Below, one piece after another: positions 59,658 to 64,000 of a stretch of DNA of 64,000 nt. The notes under the pieces were generated by a model. That model saw nothing but the letters and a program-made list of their open reading frames with translations, did no database searches and was not told the origin of the DNA. The stretch is taken from assembly GCA_963702435.1 (NCBI GenBank), contig CAVPCR010000004.1, positions 448,001 to 512,000 on the forward strand, in the 5' to 3' direction. The first letter of the stretch is position 1. Each line of letters begins with the position of its first letter. Source of the stretch: Candidatus Eiseniibacteriota bacterium. GTDB lineage: Bacteria; Eisenbacteria; RBG-16-71-46; CAVPCR01. Made by a program: the position numbers and the translations under genes.

Positions 59658-60176
59658 ATGGCGGTTCCGATCCTTCACGGGTCCCTGACTCACTTTGGAC
59701 TGGCGCCCGTTCTCCGTCTCCTCCAGGCGACGCGGGCCACCGGCCGCCTGGAGCTCGAGCACGGCGACAGCCGCACGGAGCTCTTCATCGAGGACGGCCG
59801 CTGGCTCTTCGCCCGCACCAGCGAGTCGGCGCTGCGGATCGGGGAGATGCTCGTGCGCCGCGGCGATCTCCGGCCGGAAGCCATCGAGTTCGCGCTGGCG
59901 GTGCAGCGGGACTCGCCCGGGGCGCGACTCGGGCAAATGCTCGTGGAGAGCGGCGCGCTGACCGCCGAGCAGGTCCACAGCGCGGTGCTCGAGGTGCAGC
60001 GCCACATCGTACTCGCCGCCCTGATGTGGCGGAGCGGCACGTTCCGCTTCGGGCCGGAGGAGAGGCTCGGTGGAGAGGATATCCGCCTGGAGCTCGATGT
60101 GGACGAGCTCCTGACCTGGGCCGTGACCGCCGCCGATTCTCCGCTCGAGCAACTGCCGGATGAGCGGGCCGCCTGA
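59658..60176 (+). CDS. DUF4388/PatA-like N-terminal domain protein
   Basis: G.L..F.L..VL.LL....TG.L, RIGEMLV, RLGQMLV, W..G.F.F. Confidence 0.85.
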   Translation: MAVPILHGSLTHFGLAPVLRLLQATRATGRLELEHGDSRTELFIEDGRWLFARTSESALRIGEMLVRRGDLRPEAIEFALAVQRDSPGARLGQMLVESGALTAEQVHSAVLEVQRHIVLAALMWRSGTFRFGPEERLGGEDIRLELDVDELLTWAVTAADSPLEQLPDERAA

Positions 60177-60336
60177 TCGCGCCGGCCGATAACCCCCGAC
60201 CGCCTGATCGCGCCGGCCGCCCCTGACCCGCAGATCACGCCGTCGATCCCTCGCGCGCGGCCGCCGCGGGCGCGCCCGGACAACCCCGCGGCGCTCGCCT
60301 GCGCCGGCTGTCGGTCGTCGGTGACCCGGCCCCGGT

Positions 60337-61455
60337 TCAGCCGGCGAGGAGATCGCGCGCGGCTCCCTCCATCGCTGCCATCTGGTCGGACGGGGGCATC
60401 CCCGGCCGCGCCGGCGCCGGGAAGGGCACGACGCGGACGCGATCCCCGCATGGCCGCCAGCGCGCGGGATCGTTGATCTCCGCGAACACGACCGCGACCG
60501 GCGTGCCGAGGGCCGCCGCGAAGTGGACCGGACCGGCGTCGTTGCCGATGAGGAGCGCCGAGGCTTCGATCACGGCGATCGAGTCGCGGAGCGACAGGGC
60601 GCCGGTGAGATCCAGCGCCGGCTGCTCGAGCTCGCGCTGAAAGCGCTCGCTCCACGCGATGTCCTCCTTCCCGCCCACGACGACGATCGGATGTCCCGCC
60701 CGGGCGAGGGTGCGGGCGAGCGCGCCGAAACCGGCAGCGGGCCAGATCTTCCGCGGATCGCCGGCCCCGACGTGGAATGTCACCGCTCGCCCGGCGCGCG
60801 ATCCGAGCTGTGCGTGTGCGGCCGCTCGCTCCGCTGCCGACGTCGCGAGCCGCGGGCGGGGCGGTCCGGCGAGCGGGCCGGCTCCCGCCGACATGGCGGC
60901 CTCGTGCAGCAGGGTCGCCTGGTGCGTGCCCGGACGTGCGCCGTGCTCGCGGTCGAGGAGGAAGCCGAGGCCGGCATCGCCGAAGCCCACGCGGAAGCGG
61001 GCCCCGGCCGCCGTCGCGAGGAGGATCGCCAGCGGATCGCCGCGCAGATCGAGGGCCAGGTCGTAGCGCCGGGCGCGGAGCGCCCGGGCGAGCCCGAGGA
61101 GTGCCCGCAGGTCCGGCCGCCCGCCGTCGTACCAGCCGGCTTCGCAGACCAGCACCTCGTCCACCAGATCGAGCTCGGCGAACAGCGGGCGGCTCGCCGT
61201 GGCGACGAGCACATCGAGGCGCGCGCGCGGATGCGCGACCCGGAGCGCGGCGAGCGCCGGGAGCGCGAGCACGACATCGCCCAGGTGATCGAGCTTGATC
61301 GCGAGGATCCGTCCGACGGGCGCGGGGAGCGGACGGCGCGCGCGGGCCGCCGATCCGCCGCGGAGCGCATCGCCGGCCCCGTCGAGCGCGCGGCAGAGAG
61401 CGCGCCGCAGCGGGCTCCGGTAGACATACGTGCGGGGGCGTCCAGGCTCGATCAT
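60337..61455 (-). CDS. Glycosyltransferase family 9 (LPS heptosyltransferase-like)
   Basis: K.DHLGDV.L..P, R..RYD...DL, K.WP...F, GND.G..H.AAA.G.P. Confidence 0.92.
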   Translation of the reverse strand: MIEPGRPRTYVYRSPLRRALCRALDGAGDALRGGSAARARRPLPAPVGRILAIKLDHLGDVVLALPALAALRVAHPRARLDVLVATASRPLFAELDLVDEVLVCEAGWYDGGRPDLRALLGLARALRARRYDLALDLRGDPLAILLATAAGARFRVGFGDAGLGFLLDREHGARPGTHQATLLHEAAMSAGAGPLAGPPRPRLATSAAERAAAHAQLGSRAGRAVTFHVGAGDPRKIWPAAGFGALARTLARAGHPIVVVGGKEDIAWSERFQRELEQPALDLTGALSLRDSIAVIEASALLIGNDAGPVHFAAALGTPVAVVFAEINDPARWRPCGDRVRVVPFPAPARPGMPPSDQMAAMEGAARDLLAG

Positions 61456-61486
61456 GGGCGGTGCGGATTGTACCTCGCGCGCCGTG

Positions 61487-61586
61487 CCGGCGGCTCCGCA
61501 GCCGCTGTCACCGGCGGATTCGCAGCCCCTGTCACCGAAAGCTCCGCCGCCCCTGTCACCGGCGGCTCCGCCGCCCCCGCGTCACC
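61487..61586. repeat. 24-bp tandem repeat (~4 degenerate copies) in a divergent intergenic region
   Basis: Units GCCGCTGTCACCGGCGGATTCGCA / GCCCCTGTCACCGAAAGCTCCGCC / GCCCCTGTCACCGGCGGCTCCGCC. Confidence 0.8.
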
Positions 61587-61685
61587 GCCGGTGCGGCCGC
61601 CCGAACCGCCGCCTGTGCTACAGTGCGCGCGCGTCCGGAATGGCGGATCGGATCCCACAGGCGCAGGACCACGAGGATGTTCGCG

Positions 61686-62615
61686 ATGACGAGTGATGTG
61701 CAGCTCCGCCGTGTGGCCGTGATCGGCGCCGGTACGATGGGACGCGGGATCGCGCAGGTATCGGCGCTCGGCGGCATGGAGACCATGCTCCACGATGCGG
61801 ACGAGGCGGCGCTCGGCCGCGCGCGCGCCGCGATCGAGGCGGCGCTCGCCAAGGGTGTGGAGCTCGGCAAGGTGCCGGCGGCCGCCGCCACCAAGGCCCG
61901 CGAGAGCCTGCGCACCGCAGCGCGGCTCGAGGATGCGGCGCGCGGGGCCGACCTCGTCATCGAGGCGGTGCCCGAGGACATGGCGCTCAAGATCGAGACC
62001 TTCCGCGCGCTCGTGCGCCTCGCGCCGCCGCATGCCGTGCTCGCCACCAACACCTCGGCGCTCTCCATCACTGAGATCGCCGGCGCCACCGCGCGACCCG
62101 AGCGCGTGATCGGGATGCACTTCTTCAATCCGGTCCACCTGATGAAGCTGGTCGAGGTGGTGCGGGCGCTGCAGACCTCGGAGGCGACGAACGCGCTGGC
62201 CTTCGCCGCAGCGCGACGCATGGGCAAGGAGCCGATCGCGATCAACGAGTCGCCGGGGTTCGTCACCTCGCGCATCAACGCCCTGATCGGCAACGAGGCC
62301 TTCTACCTGCTGCAGGAGGGTGTCGCCTCCGCCGCGGACATCGACAAGGCGCTCAAGCTCGGACTCAACCATCCGATGGGACCGTTCGAGCTCGTCGACC
62401 TGGTCGGCCTCGACACCAGGCTCTCGATCCTCCAGTTCCTCAATCGCACGCTGGGCGAGAAGTATCGGCCGTGCCCGCTCCTCGAGAAGTACGTGAAGGC
62501 AGGACGGCTCGGTCGGAAGGTGGGCAAGGGCGTCTACGACTATCCGGAGCAGGCGTTGGCGGTGCCGGGAGGCAGCGCCGCCGGGCCGCCGGCGGCGCCC
62601 ACGCCTAGAGCTTGA
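61686..62615 (+). CDS. 3-hydroxyacyl-CoA dehydrogenase (PaaH/Hbd-like)
   Basis: VIGAGTMG.GIA, EAVPE, TNTS, GMHFFNP, PGF..SR, HPMGP, GRK.G.G.Y.Y. Confidence 0.95.
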   Translation: MTSDVQLRRVAVIGAGTMGRGIAQVSALGGMETMLHDADEAALGRARAAIEAALAKGVELGKVPAAAATKARESLRTAARLEDAARGADLVIEAVPEDMALKIETFRALVRLAPPHAVLATNTSALSITEIAGATARPERVIGMHFFNPVHLMKLVEVVRALQTSEATNALAFAAARRMGKEPIAINESPGFVTSRINALIGNEAFYLLQEGVASAADIDKALKLGLNHPMGPFELVDLVGLDTRLSILQFLNRTLGEKYRPCPLLEKYVKAGRLGRKVGKGVYDYPEQALAVPGGSAAGPPAAPTPRA

Positions 62616-63324
62616 AACGGAAGGGCAGGACGACCCGGGCCTTGACCGGGGCGCCGCCCTTCATCGCCGGCCGGAAGATCGAGAGCTTCGCCGCCTCGAC
62701 CGCCGCCGCTTCGAGAACCGCGATCGTCTCCGAGCGGTGAACGTTCGCCGCGATCACCCGCCCGCTCTCCCCGATCGTCATCCGCACGTAGACCACGCCC
62801 TCGATCTTCGCTTGCTTCGCCCCATCCGGATAGACGGGCGGGAAGAGCCGGATCGTGACCGGCGGTTCGTCGAACGGCGGGAAGACCTCATCGCCCGTGG
62901 CGCGCGCGCAGGTGATCCGATCCTTGTTCGTGTCGAGCGTCTGCTTCTCCTCGTCGGCCCACGGGATCGTGATCGTGTAGGGCTCGGCGGTGGCCGCCGT
63001 GTCGGCCCAGGTGAAGACGATGGTCCCCGCCGCCTCGCCGCGCCGCATGCCGGTGAAGGGGATCGATCCCGCCCGGTCGCGCACGGCGAGCGGGCTCACC
63101 TCGAGCCCGGCGGGAGCCGCGGCCTTGGTGCCCGCTTTCTTCCCCGGCTCCGGGCCGCGCGCCGTGACCGTGAAGAAGACGGTCTCGCGCGCGCATTCGA
63201 TCGTGAACGATTGCCGGCGCGCCTCGGGCGGGGGCGCCGCGGCCGCGCGCGGGGCCGGCCCGGCTGTGCCGAGGAGGAGGGCGGCGAAGAGGAGGACCGG
63301 CGCGCGGCGCCGCGAGCCGGTCAT
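62605..63324 (-). CDS. Exported protein with TonB C-terminal domain
   Basis: Signal peptide; P.YP..A....IEG.V, F.PA...G.PV...LP.RF. Confidence 0.8.
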   Translation of the reverse strand: MTGSRRRAPVLLFAALLLGTAGPAPRAAAAPPPEARRQSFTIECARETVFFTVTARGPEPGKKAGTKAAAPAGLEVSPLAVRDRAGSIPFTGMRRGEAAGTIVFTWADTAATAEPYTITIPWADEEKQTLDTNKDRITCARATGDEVFPPFDEPPVTIRLFPPVYPDGAKQAKIEGVVYVRMTIGESGRVIAANVHRSETIAVLEAAAVEAAKLSIFRPAMKGGAPVKARVVLPFRFKL

Positions 63325-64000
63325 CGGAGCGGCGCCTCGAGCGGCTGCCGGTCGGGGAGCCGCCGGTCCGCGCGTGCATTCGCATCGAGCCGGGCGTGGG
63401 CGCTCTCGAGGCCCGGGTCGATCTCGAGAGCGCGGCGGTAGAAGTCGCGCGCTGCCTCGTGTTCGTTGCGAAGTTCGGCGATGCGGCCGTCCACGTAGGC
63501 GGCGACAGCCGGCGCCGGTGCGGTGGCCAGCGCCTCGGCGAAATGGTGCTCGGCCCAGGTCGGCGCTCCGGTCTCCGCGAAGAGCTCGCCGAGGCGCACG
63601 TGGGCGAGCGCGGTGTCGGGTCCGGCCGCCGCGATGTAGCGCGGCAGGACCGCGGCCGCGCGTTCGGTGAACCCCGCCTGCGCGAGGGCGACGGTGAAGC
63701 GCGCTAGCGCCGCGGCGTCGGGGAGGACGCTCGAGAGGTGCGCGCTCGTGCCATAGGGTATCGCGAGCCCCTCGCCATAATTGAAGGCGGCCTCCCAGTA
63801 CTTGCGCTCGGCGAAGAGCCGGTCGGCGAGGATGAGCGACGGCGGGCGCGGGCGCGCGAGCGCGACCGGTCCGCGCGCGATGAGCTCGGCCTCGCCTTGC
63901 ACCGGGGCGAGATCGAAGCCGGCGAGCCCGGCAGTCGCGATCGGACGGCGCGGGAGCTCGGCGGCGATCGTGGCCTGGAGCTCGGGTGTGGCGGGAGTGA
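63321..64000 (-). CDS. TPR-repeat protein (C-terminal part; begins beyond the window)
   Basis: A...LG.L....G....A..., A...YRRALEIDP....A TPR pattern. Confidence 0.65.
   Translation of the reverse strand, partial: TPATPELQATIAAELPRRPIATAGLAGFDLAPVQGEAELIARGPVALARPRPPSLILADRLFAERKYWEAAFNYGEGLAIPYGTSAHLSSVLPDAAALARFTVALAQAGFTERAAAVLPRYIAAAGPDTALAHVRLGELFAETGAPTWAEHHFAEALATAPAPAVAAYVDGRIAELRNEHEAARDFYRRALEIDPGLESAHARLDANARADRRLPDRQPLEAPLR

Overview
Very GC-rich bacterial DNA. An FlgD-Ig/'PNPFNP' C-terminal sorting domain, a GT9 LPS heptosyltransferase and a TonB protein point to a diderm, plausibly an FCB-related candidate phylum such as Eisenbacteria/Krumholzibacteriota (inference). The window has two parts. 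(1) Bases ~1-20.8 kb are an accessory block, almost all on the minus strand: two paralogous GAF/PAS sigma-54 enhancer-binding proteins, each followed by a -24/-12-like promoter, plus OmpA, two ABM-type proteins, MarC, beta-barrels, DUF3300/DUF2950, DUF2490, DUF2252 and DUF202. It ends in an IS3 remnant and an IS91-family transposase. (2) Bases ~21-64 kb are mostly core chromosome: a UvrD-nuclease fusion, a flippase, a NatAB-like ABC system, hflX, a secreted metallopeptidase, an FN3-repeat lipoprotein, htpX, a GT4, cspA, thiL and the tilS-hpt-ftsH-folP-cdaA operon. Two clusters stand out. One is a tightly coupled DNA-damage operon, dinB-DUF72-MrfA-like helicase-MrfB-like exonuclease. The other is a reductase-less BoxB-like aryl-CoA epoxidase cluster with a PaaR-type operator. 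Non-coding highlights: a promoter-to-terminator candidate sRNA after hflX, a sigma-54-linked long hairpin, a likely ATC start codon for hflX and a 24-bp bidirectional leaderless promoter. Three genes carry single-base frameshifts, possibly assembly errors. No rRNA, tRNA or CRISPR array was seen. All family calls come from motif recognition by eye, not from database searches.
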